From positions 1 to 64,000 of the forward strand of contig CT868051.1 in assembly GCA_000165425.1 (NCBI GenBank): DNA of 64,000 nt. The letters are read 5' to 3'. Every line of letters begins with the position of its first letter. The stretch's first letter is position 1. Below, one piece after another: positions 1 to 14,448 of this stretch. A model generated the notes under the pieces. The model did no database searches. It saw only the letters and a list, made by a program, of their open reading frames with translations, and had not been told where the DNA came from. Origin of the DNA: Paramecium tetraurelia (taxonomy: Eukaryota). Position numbers and translations under genes: made by a program.

Positions 1-301
1 AATTAATCAAAAATTTGGACTTACTTTAAAATGTAAACTGTAGCAGACTATTATAATATAATTTCAACAAGATTAATAATTAAACATTATTACAAATTTT
101 TTTTGAAATACTTTTACTCTATATTAACAATAGCAGTAAAAAAATATATTTTTCTTGCTTGTCTTTAATAGGACAAATATCAAATAGATAACTGTTAATT
201 TATTCAACTTGAATGAATTATTAAAAAGTAATAATTTAATTCAAACTTTAGTTTTAGAGATTGTTTTATTACAATTTTGTATATTAAATAGTCAAAAAAT
301 A

Positions 302-3300
302 TCAAAGAATCTAAGATTCTTGTCTTTATGTCTAAGTCCTCCAAAATTAATTCTCATGGTCCTCTTCAGGTTTTAAAGAAATTCTTGAAAAGTTTTGAAT
401 TGTTTAGATTTAACTTTACCTTCTATTATGGTCAGAAAACTTTAAATTACCTTTTAAGGAGTACTATAAAATCATTTTATGAAGTTATTGGCTGCTTTCT
501 CTTTGATTATATTATTCTTATTTCGACCTTAAAAATTATTAGAATATGTTTACTTTCTCACTTTTAAATTGTCTCTTGACACAGCTAATAAGTATTCTTT
601 TAGGATTCTAAATCTTTTTTGGATTCTGCTTAGTTAATTTTAACGAGTTTCTAATATTTTCTAAATTTAAGGATGAGTACGAAATTTAACAGGAGAATCT
701 GAATATTTTTAATTTCACACTATCTATTTTATCAAAAATCCTTGTTAAATATGCTAATAGTATTGAAATAACAAGTTTAAGTATATAAAAGCTATTGAGA
801 CTTCCAATTACGACATAGAAAGGCCAGATAATTTCATTAAGGTTTTGGTCTTGCGCTGAATGAATTGAGCAAGCTAAAACTATTGAAATGGCACATATAA
901 TGATCGATTATTAATCTAAATAATTCAATTATTTAGTCATGTAAGGATTTATTTATTTTGCATAATGACTGTAAGAAAAAAGCAACAAAAAAATTAAGGA
1001 GGCTTTGATTGTAATGAAATCATCATAATAAATGCGAACCAAGATTATCATCTCCTTTTTAAATATTTTGACTGTTTCCCAATAATATGCATTTTTAGTA
1101 TACTCATGGTATAAGTATCCCCATGTCTTTCGAGTAATGGTCTTGTCGAGGTTATGTCTATTTTTGTAAACTCCATACCAAAGTATTGTTGGGATTGTAA
1201 TACATAAAATAATTAACAGTGGAATATCAAATGCAATAATCCAGTTGAGATGAGTGGATGTATCATATCTATAAGCCACATTACTTGAAATCCATAACTC
1301 ATCAGATATTTATCTATATGATAACAATGATATAAGCTATCCAATCAAACTAGGTTGTAGAAAAATGAACAAATATATAAGTGAAATCGTAAAAAATGAG
1401 AAGTTATGATTGATTAGCCGAACTGCAATTGCTAACCCTCCAAATCCTATAAATAAAATTACATAAGAGAAAGCCATGATAAAGCTCCAGATTATTCTGA
1501 AATATATGATCAATACATCTGCAAATTAAACTAAGTAACAGTCAAGTGAAAAGGCCATTGATTCAATTGGACTGGAGCAGCTACTAATAATTACCGATAA
1601 CTCTGTTGGTAATTCTAGTTAAAATTTAAGGAGAGTAGATATGATTTATAAGTAATTAGTAAGAACTTTAATTAGGATTGCAGAAGATATTTGCTTGATT
1701 GGGAACTTAACTCCAAACAATCGTAATCTTAATCCTGCTATAAATTCCTAAATCATTTCTGTGGTGCTAGTAACAGAAATTAAAGTAGACAGTAATGTCC
1801 AAAAGATCACAAAAATGATATAAAGAATATTGTAAACAGTTACTTTACAATTTAAACATGAATATGCTGAACTTAAATAAAACGAACCTTATCCTCTACT
1901 ATCATAAAGATCACATTATTCGCACAGAGCACCAATATGTCCTATTAAACAGGATTTATCTCCTGGGTTCCATCCTCCTTAGCAATTTTTTGGCATGTGG
2001 TAGCAATATTCTATAGCTTAACTATGGTTATATGCCCTCCAATATGTTGGTCTCAATTCAATCATTGAAGACTCTATCAGTCTGATTTTCATATCATCCT
2101 TAAAACTGCAATTTTAGGCATTTCTTGTGACTTAATATTAGTTTTGGAATTTATCACAAAGTATGCAGCCTCCTGTTGTTTTATTTAAAAACTCCCCAAT
2201 CTAACATTAGAATGTTCTAATATCTACTAGCAACTTATAGTTAGTATTGTAACCCTAAATTAGATAAGGTGGTTCTTCAAAATACAACGGAACTGATATA
2301 TGATGACATTGAATAGAAATCCTTAACACTAAATCCATATCATAATTGGGATTCCAATAGATAATTATATCATCTAAATTAAAATCACCAGTGGAATTAT
2401 CAAAGAAAAAATGATATTTAGACAAACTAAAAGCAACTTCTTTAATTTCTTATTATGAAGTTACATTAAATGTTATTGGTTTTAGAGTGCAACTTGAATC
2501 ATACAGACCCTTATTTTATTTGTTGAATTTATCCAATGCAATAATTCTAAAAGTTAAATTATAAGGAATAAAAGTGTTCGTATATTCATCAAAGTATTGA
2601 TATGATGAAATACTTCGCCCTGAAGGAAGGGTTAAATAATTAACTAAGGATGATTATCCTAAAATTTTATAAGGAGCGACTGTTATTTATTCGATTATTT
2701 CCTCTGAGGTTTTTTTCACCAATTCTTTATTTAAGATGGTTTTGCCACCATCAATTGATATTGACAACGACCGTGCCTTTTCAAATACATTGTTACCAAA
2801 CTAAGTTGAATTGTTGTCTGAAAATTCAATCTCAAATTCATTTATTAATTGAAGGGATTGATTCTTAAAGTAAACTGCGCCTGCTATTTAAGCTGTATTA
2901 TTTATGAATTGACTTCGATAAAAATCTAATTATGCCTATTCAGAAAAATAATAAATGGCTCCTCCAAAATCTGCAGAGTTATTGTAGAATAAACTATTTT
3001 GAATCAAGATGTTAATTTCCTAAATAAATAATGATCCCCCGTTTTAGGCAGAATTATTTTAAAATACTCCGCCTGAAATAATAGCTTAATCATTTAATTA
3101 GAACTCAATTAATTCAAGTTTATTATGTTATAACAATCGATTATTTGAGAATAATTCATTTTGAAAGGTTAAATCACTAGGATTTTTCATGATTGACAAG
3201 CATCCTGCTTAACCACATTAGCAATTTTTAATTTTTATTGATGAAAATGCTATTTAATTTGATCTTTGTTGTTTAATATCAAAAATTTGAAAAATTCCAT

Positions 3301-6300
3301 ATTAGCAATTTTTACAAATCACATTCTACAATATAATATTTTAAAAAATAAGTTTATGAGTTTAGTCGATTGACTTAATAGTTACTAAACCTAAATTAAT
3401 TGGTTGATATTTTAAGATCGATAATAAATTGCAAATTAATAATTACTGCTTTTTTTAGGTATCATCAGTTGGTTAATATGACCAGGATATTTAAGTTAAT
3501 GATAAAGGACATTCTAATTCAGAACTTGCACTTAATTCCACATTTTAGCACTCCCCTCCTATGGATTTATCAGATTCCTATACATTTAAGATCTTAAGGT
3601 TGTTTATTACAATTTAGCCATTCAATTCTAAAATTTAGAAATAATATTACATTCTTTTAAGTTCAAATCAATTAGAGGAGATTACAAATATGTGCTATTT
3701 TAAATTGTTATGTTTTATAAATTGATATTATAAGCCTGTTTGATTTAGATTAAATATTGAAAATGAGATGATATGAAGCTACAATTTATTATATTTATAA
3801 ACCCATCGTGAATATATATTAAAGGATTAGAATAAGCAACTTAAAAAGCCTCATTTTCTGTGAACTTATTTATGGATTGAATAAAATTGTCAAAACCCTG
3901 TTTTGTTGAATAGAAGTTTATATTTCTAAACATTATTTGAGTATTCAACGATCCTGTATTTGGAGGGTCATATGAGAAGAAGGAGTTTTACAAAGAAAAG
4001 CAATCCAATACTATTAAATTTTCCAATTCGATCGAATTATAGCTCTTGGAAGGCAAAATGTAAATTGCTCCTCCATCATGTCTGCTAAAGGATTCTTGTA
4101 TTGTCGTATTCTTTATGACAATCTTTAATTGTGATTCAGAACCATCGATATGTAAACATCCACCTACCGAAAATGTTGAAGTATCTGATAAACTGAATGT
4201 ATTTTAAAAGGATGAATTTACAATTACTATTTAACTTTTCCCTTGAGTAACAATATGGAAAGCTCCTCCAGTTGTAGCGTAGGATCGATTTATAACTAAC
4301 TTATCAAAAATTAACGATTGGGTAATAATCATTCCATTTCCACTTAAAGACTTAATAGGGAAAATATTGGCCAAATTGATATTACTTAAATCTTAATATT
4401 CATGATGCAAGAGGTGACGACTTAGTGAATCATAAATCATGTCATTGCTATTTGAAAATCTACATGAATTTATTTTCACTTTAGTAGATTTGATATATAA
4501 AATAGAATTGCTTGAATTAGTAACAATATTTTATAGGAAATCCGAGTCTGATATCTAAACATATCCCTAATATAATGAGATGAACGCCGTAGTTGCTGAT
4601 ATTCTTGTTTAGTCCTGAAAATATTCATTAAGATGATTTCCAGTGTAGTTTAACTTTTAAAGAGTTATTGAGCAATTTTATTAAGATATGATGGATAGTA
4701 AAGCTGTTTATTTATTGGATCTAGTTATCAATAATAAATGTGAATAGAATATGATATTGAGAACTGTAATAACTTCTGACAATGATCCCTACATAAAATC
4801 ATATCCTTAAAGGATGACGAATGGGNNNNNNNNNNNNNNNNNNNNNNNNNNNNNNNNNNNNNNNNNNNNNNNNNNNNNNNNNNNNNNNNNNNNNNNNNNN
4901 NNNNNNNNNNNNNNNNNNNNNNNNNNNNNNNNNNNNNNNNNNNNNNNNNNNNNNNNNNNNNNNNNNNNNNNNNNNATTGATACTCAAGCTATCTGAACCA
5001 TTAAGGAATTGATATTGACAATTTAGTAGAACCCTATGTATAAGAAAAAATGCATATTTTTGTAAGAAAACTTCTCAGTGCATTCGTATGAACTATGCAA
5101 AGATTTAGTCAGGTACATTTAATTTGAAGAGACACTGAAATTTTTAATATCCAAAAACTCTGAATATAGCAAAGTCATCTCAGGCAATCCATGTGCTCTC
5201 AATAATTATATACCTTCTAAGTAACACAGTTAACACTCAAAATACATAATAGAGGAATAGTAAGAAATTTCTTATTATAATATTTCAGATGTTAGTTGAC
5301 CATCCAAAAAAGAAAACCCAACTAAATTTAATTATAATTAAGCTATTTCAACATATTTTATTATTTTTATTACTTGTTGTTGATCATCATATTGAGTGTT
5401 TAAAATGTGAATATTTTCTATATAAGCTTTAGAACTAGACTACAAGGCTAATTCTGATTTTGAATATTCAACTAGATTATTTATTAAGCTACTATTCTTA
5501 ATTTAAGTATTGTTGATTAAACCATCCTTGAGATTTATGATATTAGATGAAATAAAATTTGAGTTTTAGACTATTGATGAATTAAATAAAGTTAAATTAA
5601 TAATCTACAGTGATGATAAGTGGGAAATAAGGAAAAAAGAGGAATTTTCAATAATTTGCACATTTGAAATGTAAATTTACTTTATTAATAATGATCCAGT
5701 AGTGTAATGTAAGAGCCCTTAACTCATAATTAAGTTAGAAGAGAGAAATATTGTATCCGTTATTGATATCAAATTAAAACGTGATTTGTAAGGCAAGTTA
5801 CTATGATTAGCCTGAAATTTAAAAATAGTTGAATTATAAAAAAAGGAGTCTTTAATTTACAAGTTGTTTACCTAAATTGAATTTGTAAGAGTATGTTCCA
5901 AAGATAGAAAAGTAAATATCTCAGATGATTAAACATAAAAGTCTTGAATTGTAAAATTCTCTAATAAAAGAACATAAGGGATGTTAGATCTTATTGCTAA
6001 AGAACGGTTCCATGAAGATCTTTATGGCATAGAAAAAATACAAGTTTCAAAGGCCAATGTCAATTCATACTTTAAGTTAAACAAAGTTATGAAAAACGGA
6101 GACTGATACATATCAAAATTAAAATGAATATTCTTAAAAGTAACCTAAGTATAATTGCTTAAGGATATTTAATGGAATATAGATAATATAGTAGGGGTAG
6201 TTCCTCCTTAAAATGTTATGTCAACCTATTATAATGTAAATATGTTTTATTATAAAAGTGAATAAAATTGTATATCTGCTTCGATGATGCATTCCGTTTG

Positions 6301-9300
6301 ATTTCCCTACATTATAGTAAATTAGAATTCCACATATCTTGCTTGAGCTTCGTTTAAATACTTATAAAGCAAATGAGATTCAAAAGAATTAAGATAATCA
6401 GAATAGTAAAATTCGCCTAAAAAAATGTTCTTTTGTTTAAATTAATCATTGTTATTATCATCAAGCAGCTGTTTGTATTAAATGAAATCACAAAATACAT
6501 TCTACTAAACTATATATTTAGTATAACAATGTAGGTAGTTTGTACAAACTGTTATTGTTTAGGTTAAGAAATCAAAATAATACTTGCCCTCCTTTTTTGC
6601 TTTTTCATAACATTTTCTGGAATATTATGCGTTATTGTCATTCTAAATGTAATGTGGGTTGATATCTAATATTTCCTCTTGGTTTCTTTCCAAGCAGGCA
6701 ATGCAATTGGAAGGACACTAAAGACATGTTCCATTTATGTCTTTGCTTTTGAGAAATCCAAAGTCAGTTTCTTAACATTAAATGCATGTAGCTTTTCCAT
6801 CAATAATTTCGCATTATTTACAGTTCTATTCACATCCCTTAATGCATTTTTATTCATAAAGAATGTAAGATAATTGGCAGGATGTGCAAATAATCTCTAG
6901 ATCAGACTAAGCCCTAGCCTATCCTTAATCTTCAAAGGAATTCTCACTGTTAACATTAATGAATTATTTATAGAATGCTTTTACACTCCATTTCCAATAG
7001 TCTTTATAAATGCTATTCTATTATAGACAAGTCTTGCAATTATTATTACACAATTGACATTGTCCAGTCAGTACTCCAGAGTAGTAACCATCTTCACATT
7101 AAATGCAGTACGATTCGTTCGCAATGTATTGATGAATGCATTACTTGCAATGTTGAAGGGAAGAACATGAAGTAACTTAAACAGCATCATCGTTTTTAAG
7201 ACTGATTATACATACCTATTCAGCAGTTGAAGCTAAAATAAGTGCAAATTCACAATCATCGTCATTTGACTTTAATTCACATTGTTTCGTTCCTTGATTA
7301 TAGTGATAGTGTTTTTTGCAAAGAGCACAAGCAGTAGTAACTTAATTTGTGGTAAAATTAAATATATCGAAATTCATATCTAATGTGGTAGAATATTGTC
7401 CAGAAATAATCACGTATTCAAAACAATAAATGCAATTTTCAATATTGCATTCTCTGCAATTTTTTCCATCTAAAGTTAAGTAATATTTTGAAGGGTCTCC
7501 ATTACAATAGTTGCAATATCCTTATTCATCGCAACTATTGCAATTTTAACCACATGATACACATTCATTGTATTATAATATTTAGCCATCTTCGCAAGTA
7601 CTACACCATAATAAATTATCAAATAAAAAGCACTCTTTACAATTAGGACATTTTATACATTGATTTTATATACCTAGATAATAACCAATTTAACATCTTT
7701 CACATGAATTCGAATTTAAACAAATGAAACAATTCTAAATGCAAATAGAACATACTTCTCCTGTAAAATAGTACCCTGGTTTACATAATTAATTCCCAAT
7801 ACATCCAACACATAATTTAGTTATAAATGTTTTGTCATCCTAAATTTGCATTTCATAAAAACTCACTTGGTACTCATCCCTTTAGACTACCTCATATGTG
7901 TATTATGAGTTAAAGTGAAACGTTATTGCATCCATAGTACATTTCAATGATTAGCCAAAATGAATTGGACTAGAAATACAATCAAAACAACTGACATAAA
8001 CTTCTTTTAATGAGGAGCTCTGCTCTGGACTAGAATAAATAAACATATTATTACCATTTAATACATTAGTTTTAAAATAAGAAATATCCTTTGTTACAAT
8101 CAACATTTGATCCTTCACATCTTATGTAACCTTCTAAATTGCAATTCAATTCAATTTCTTATTTCGTAAGTTATGAAAATGTTAGTGCTACTGAGACACA
8201 TTCATATTCTCCGTTAACATCCACATATCCTTCATGACAATTACAAGTGTTTTCTGATTTTGAATATTATCTATGACTATTTTCATGGCAACTCAGACAA
8301 TTTACAGATGTTGGACCATCACAATCTAGACATGAGTAATCACAACCTGCTACAACCAAAGAAGCTTAAGGCTAGCAATATTAAAAGAGTATTATATCAC
8401 TAACATAACCACGAAGATATGAATTTGAATAGTTGTCACCTCCGATATATATGTAGTAAGTTACTCCTGTAAAGTGCTAAATTTGTTTGCTCCAGGTGTA
8501 TTTGTAGTGTTAACTAATGGAAGGAAAATAGAGGGTAAATAATGGTTACCCATCATTATTCAATGTTCCTATTTCATATGAAAAATAGTGCCATGTAACA
8601 AACATTGCAGAATACTAATCACCGTATTCAGAAATTTTATCATCATCTTAGGTCTTATATCTTGATTTTATTGGAAATGAATAACTGTAGGTAGAAATTT
8701 CAAAGCCATTTTCCCCAGGAATACTACTTTGGAAGTATTTCAATAGAACATCCCTGTCTCCTATATAAGAGTCATCACTATAATTGTAATTAATGGTTAT
8801 TCTCAATACTATGGTTTCTAGAAAATTTACATCTGGTAGGTCAAGCTTTATCCACCCTTGGATTAAATAGATTGGCAAATTAAGAGGCTGTGTTGACATC
8901 TGTATTAATTCAAAGCCATTCATATGCTAATTTTTCTCGCTTATATTATAATCTTAATTCTCGCAAATTTCGTAATTAATAAATTGATTAACGCACCATT
9001 CTAAATTTAAAAGAATGTTCTAATTATCTGATGTAAACAAATTTGACATCTACCCTATGAATTACTTTAATTACACTAGAATGCCATTCTTGTTTTTGTA
9101 TTAATAGATCCCACCAATGTTGTGTCTAATTTTACTCACAAATATAGGTACATCCTATATTTATTATGTTTGTAATGGTTCCTAAACATTGTAAAGTCCA
9201 AATGTTGTTTCTTTTGATGGCATATCATAATAAGCATAAAACAGAATCCATAACCCTTCTATTATTGTGTTTGTGTTGAATTGAATCAAATCGGATGATT

Positions 9301-9739
9301 AAGAGAAGGAATAGTAGATACTGTATTGAAATTTTTATTCAAATTAATCAACCACTAATGAAACAACTAAAAGTTAAAAGCTGTTCTCCTTTTGTTTCAT
9401 AGAATATATGAACTAACCTCCTTAAATCATATTTAATTTATTTAAAGTAGCATCTATTTACTAGTCTCTGTTTCCTAAAAATAATAAATAATAATAATAC
9501 TCAAGTCTAAAATCTATGCAAAAGGTTGATATTTTGTCCAAACACCGTAACCCATACTTTATTAATGTTACACAACCTGATCAGGCTCATCTAAGTCAAG
9601 TTCTATTCGAGGAATCGTCGGATATAATAGAGGCCCATAAGGCATAAATGTGCATTAGCAATAAGTATTTCTATGATATTGAAGTTGATTACTGTAAGTA
9701 GATGAGAAATGGTAAAATTCCAAGTATAGATTTCAGCAT
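302..9739 (-). CDS. Giant (~3,100 aa) cell-surface multi-pass membrane protein: signal peptide, Cys-rich furin/EGF-like repeats, GGA(I/F/V) beta-helix-like repeats, C-terminal TM bundle
   Basis: ATG 9739 gives MLKSILGILPFLIYLQNTYC after a 22-nt intron (9671-9692). CxxC repeats at ~6500-8400. Motifs YATTGGAFHI, FSVGGCLHI, HDGGAIYI, NSAQNGGSLYL, NSADFGGAIYY, NTAQIAGAVYF. Hydrophobic TM segments at ~750-1850 with WGYLYHEY..YYWE. TGA at 302-304. Spans the N gap 4826-4975; one in-frame TGA at 4799-4801 lies next to the gap. Confidence 0.8.
4826..4975. other. Assembly gap (150 N)
   Basis: Run of N of the same length as the other two gaps, so probably a placeholder size. Confidence 0.99.
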
Positions 9740-10299
9740 TTCAGGAATGTGATTTTATTAATTAAAAATGATATATATTGTCATCATATAATTTCTAAAA
9801 ACTAAATTTAGCTTCACTCTTCTTTTCAAAACAAATACTGAGTTTATCATATAAATTATTTTCTTAATAATTATATATTAAGTTTCAAATTATGTCATTT
9901 TGAAAAAATTGGAATTCTAATAATGATTTGTGATGAAAACTTTAGATTCAAAAATTTGAAAATGAAAAATTTCGATTTGTTACTTGAAAATGATCCTTTC
10001 TTTAATTATAGTAAATATAACAAAAATTGAATAGAAGACGAACTTTATATCAACCAAGTGAACCAAAAAGTCAATGAACATATTTATATATTTAGAATTA
10101 ATTTATTATATATTAATATAAATTTACATATTTATGTAAATGTACTCTAATTGGAAATCAAACTCATTGTATTTATAAAAAAATTATTTTCGTACTTATT
10201 ATATGTTAAAGTTTATAAAAAATAAATTGCACTATTTGAAGTATACCTAATTCTATCCAATAGATCTTATTGCTGTTTGAGACAATACGAATTTTTTGT

Positions 10300-13200
10300 T
10301 TAATATTAGGATTAATATGAAATCATAATTGAATTATATCGAGTAGTAGACCTGACTCTCCTTTGAACTATCTCTATGCCTATTCAAACCAGATTATAAT
10401 TTATTTAATTACTGTTACCTTTTTTATAACTAAATACATCATGTGAGATATGATGAAATATGATTTTGATTATAAAAAATAGTAATTAATTGATATTTTG
10501 AGGAGATTGGATTAGATATATATTTTATAAAAATCTATTTATGAAACTAAGTAATAACCACTTTAACACTATTTAGATATTTGCGTTTTCTTCAACAGGA
10601 TATCATTTGGTCTTATGATTGCTACGAAATAGGTTAATTTAGATACCAATGTTATTCTCTGTTGTATATTCTAACCCACAATTAAACTTGGAATAACTTG
10701 TAACCAATTTACTCTTTGATTTGTGACAATATGCTAAATGTGAATGCACTAGTTTCTATATCGGTTTACAGAGTAGAAATTAGAACTGGTTTGATGTTTA
10801 TATACTTTAATTTAAAATTTGCAATTATAGAATACCTCATAATGTTGTAAAGTTAATTTATTTTAGGGGGCAGGGATGGGTGAAATTAATCACTTTAAAT
10901 TAATGTTCTTAACTTTTATCACCATTATTATTAGAAAAAGAATTAAAGATTATATTTTAGCCTTCAACCTCATCGCAAGGGATGAATTCAATATAGATAA
11001 TCATATTTGAATTTCTAAGATTGTAATGGAATAAAGTAGCGTATAAGAAATAAAGATCTCGATTAAATTTTAATCTAAATTATCTTTTTTGATATTATTA
11101 TTTTTAATATTGATAACCAGAGATTATTTAATATATTCAAGCAATGGAGAATAGATGTTTAATTAGATGATTATGATGATATAAAATATATACTAATATT
11201 AAACCATTATTAATATATTTAATAAGAAATCAGATTTTATATTTCGCATCTAATGTTGTTCTTGAGGCAGTTGAAATTAAAATAGGTTAAGGAAATCTAA
11301 CAAGGACATAATGAAAGCGGATTGTCCCACAGACCAGCAATCTAATAGAAATTAAAAATAGTAAAAACAGCTCCTTGCTGGAAGTGAAGAATAGTTATAA
11401 TTATCTATGAATGGCTTGTGATTATTATTGTTTAAATTTTTTATCCATTTAATCCAAAATGTATTTTTAAATTCGTTTGATTATATTATACTTAATATTT
11501 AGAATAATTTATTTCTAACAGAATTTAGGTTGTTAATTTTTGTCCCTGTAAATCTAAATTTGTTGAATATGGAAATAAAGTATAATAATGTGAAAGTATT
11601 ATTGATTCTGAATTAAGGAGTGTATCCAAATAACCATGTTTATAACCAGCGAACTTATCAGAAATAAGTTATGTCATCAAATATTAAATTTGAGATAATT
11701 AATAGAGTTTCATTATTAATACACAAACATTTTTATGCATGACAAATATGTATCATGTCCTTAGGCTAGTACATAAAATTTAAATACATTAGCTTACATT
11801 CACAGAATTAGATAATGGATTTTCACTAGAAAGGCAATAATGTGATTATGCTTATTTAACATGTAATTGCTTTCTATCTTCTAAACGTATAACATGGAGT
11901 TCAACCTTTAGATAACTACAATTATCATCTTTGTTGTGTAAAACTGGATATTATAATATTTGAAATTAGAAGGTGAAGTTAAATATCAATAGAATGCCAG
12001 TATTCTTGTAACGAAGGTCTTAGACTATTAAAAGGTAATATCACCAATTTTCTGATGGATATTATGAAGATTAAGGAATAGTTTAGTAAAGCATTTATTA
12101 ATTACTAATAATCTCTTAGAATGTTCATATAAATGTGAAACATGTGAAATTCAGCCAGAAAAGGTTTGAGATAACAATTACATCGTATTTCAGGTGATTA
12201 TTATGAAAAAGTAAGGAAATAACTTGTTAATTGGTTTTTAATTAATATGTGAGAATGTCATTTCAAATGCAAAAGCTTTAATAATCAAGACCAACAAAAA
12301 TATATCCTCCAAGATTCTTTTACATATTGAGATGTTAAATTTAGATGATATTTATGCAATCCACATAATTTAGAAATGGATGACTCGGAGTAACAATTTA
12401 GTTATCATAGAATAATCATTATATTTTATATTGATGGAATGTATGAATCAAGTGCAAATAAATAATTGATATTATTAATAAGATTTGTTTAACTGGTGCT
12501 AATTGAAATTCTTACTGTTTAACTTATTCTATTGATAATATTATGAAAATGATAACTATTTGACTTATGATAGTAGGCTTAATTTATTTTTGGTAAATAA
12601 CAAATTATGATGCCCATTATCTTATTTATTTTGGTTTTTTTACTGATTTATTTTATGCAATAGGATCATTGTGAATTTAGTATGTAATATTACTTTTTAG
12701 AATGTTAAAATAGCTATAAATATGAAGCTGGAATAGAACAATTTAAAAAATATTTTAATCTATTTTAAACATTTTATCTTTTCTTACATTTTGTTTATCG
12801 GCCATAAAACAGAATATAACTAGCAATAAATTTTATGAATATTTGGGTTTTTGAGTAAAACACAGAAATATGCTGAAGTAACAAATTTTAAATTATAAAA
12901 TAGATTTTTCTAACAATTATTTTACCTGTTAAGGCTAAGCTGATCAATGTATTTGTAAAGATGGTTATTTTGAAATTAAATACAACTTTTTGATGCTGAT
13001 AAAATCTTTTTACATGTAAAACTTGTGCAAATGGTTCAATTAATTGTGGCATTTTCTAAAAATTAATTCATTTAATCCACCAATATATGATATAAATGAG
13101 TAAAATGACAGAAATCTTGAGATTTTAATATATATTTATAAGTTAAAGTAAATTAGGAAAACTCGCCCAACTGGCTGCAACGGCGACGTGATGCTCAATA

Positions 13201-14260
13201 NNNNNNNNNNNNNNNNNNNNNNNNNNNNNNNNNNNNNNNNNNNNNNNNNNNNNNNNNNNNNNNNNNNNNNNNNNNNNNNNNNNNNNNNNNNNNNNNNNNN
13301 NNNNNNNNNNNNNNNNNNNNNNNNNNNNNNNNNNNNNNNNNNNNNNNNNNTCCCACCAAATATATGATATAAATGAGTAAAATGACAGAATTCTTGAGAT
13401 TTTAATATATATTTTATAAGTTAAAGTAAATTGAAAGTTTGTGCTTTTTTTTGAGATAAAATGCATCTTAAATGCTTTATAAGTTTATATACAACGCTTG
13501 TTTTAATGAGCTTCTTATGAGTTAGACTCTGTTTAGTTGTATCACATGTATAAAATGATGCTTGTTTCTATAAAGATTATTAATTTCAAGAATATTCCTG
13601 AATTTGAAATTATTTTTATATTAAATCATTTTATTTGACTTTACATAAATATCAATTGCAAGGTTCAAACTCATAAAATTGTGTTTCTATTTTCTATAAA
13701 CTCTGTTAGGCATATATCTCTTTTACCGAGTTAAAAAGCGATTCCACTGTAAGAAGTTAAGTGGAAGAGTAAACTCAGCGTCCTAAAACACATGAAGAAA
13801 AGCTCTGAAGATCAGATTATATTCGGGAACATTACTGACTTCTTTTTCCTAATAAGCAATCCACATATATTTGTGTAGGGCCAAATCGAAAAATAAGATA
13901 TAATTAATTAATAGTGATGTCATTTAGAATTTATTCAATGATACATAATTATAATTGGTGAAGGCCTCAGGTATTCATGAATTACTTAAAGTAAATGTAT
14001 CTTAAAAATTTACTTTATTAAATCATAGAAAATTGGAGTTACAAAATCTAAGTTAAATGGCTTATAAATGCATGTTTCTATCTTTGATATTAATTTATTG
14101 TAAATTATTAAGCTCATCCATTATCAAGCATAATCTTCTAGTGAGAAAAGAAATTTGATGAGAGGCCAATATTTGTAGGTGGGATAAGGTGTTTTTGAGG
14201 AGTGAATAAATTTGACATTTTAACAATCAGAAAAAGTAAGTTTGTAAAAGATAACAACAT
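10300..14260 (+). pseudogene. Decayed Cys-rich (furin-like repeat) surface-protein gene remnant; boundaries approximate
   Basis: Isolated fragments ECQYSC (~11990), ECSYKCETCEIQPE (~12120), ECHFKCKS (~12255) and CICKDGYFEI (~12950), separated by TGA stops and frameshifts. No continuous ORF found. Confidence 0.55.
13201..13350. other. Assembly gap (150 N) with duplicated flanks
   Basis: N run; ~13077-13155 is repeated almost exactly at ~13353-13432. Confidence 0.95.
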
Positions 14261-14268
14261 GTTATTTG

Positions 14269-14418
14269 NNNNNNNNNNNNNNNNNNNNNNNNNNNNNNNN
14301 NNNNNNNNNNNNNNNNNNNNNNNNNNNNNNNNNNNNNNNNNNNNNNNNNNNNNNNNNNNNNNNNNNNNNNNNNNNNNNNNNNNNNNNNNNNNNNNNNNNN
14401 NNNNNNNNNNNNNNNNNN
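14269..14418. other. Assembly gap (150 N)
   Basis: N run. Confidence 0.99.
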
Positions 14419-14423
14419 CTTAT

Positions 14424-14448
14424 CCTAACCCAAACCCAACCCAACAAA
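14424..14448 (+). repeat. Short degenerate telomere-like C-rich tract
   Basis: CCTAA CCCAAA CCCAA CCCAA CAAA directly after a gap. CCCAAA is one of the two Paramecium telomeric hexamers. Confidence 0.35.

Noticed and set aside
4799..4825. In-frame TGA in the giant gene (possible Sec/readthrough or retained IES)
   Set aside because: It lies 25 nt from a gap in unreliable contig-end sequence. No support beyond that.
13077..13432. ~80-bp direct repeat flanking a gap, with a GC-rich 45-bp stretch (13156-13200); looked like an insertion with target duplication
   Set aside because: Near-identical flanks around a placeholder gap are typical of unmerged contig ends, and the GC-rich tail is likely chimeric read sequence. 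No element hallmarks.
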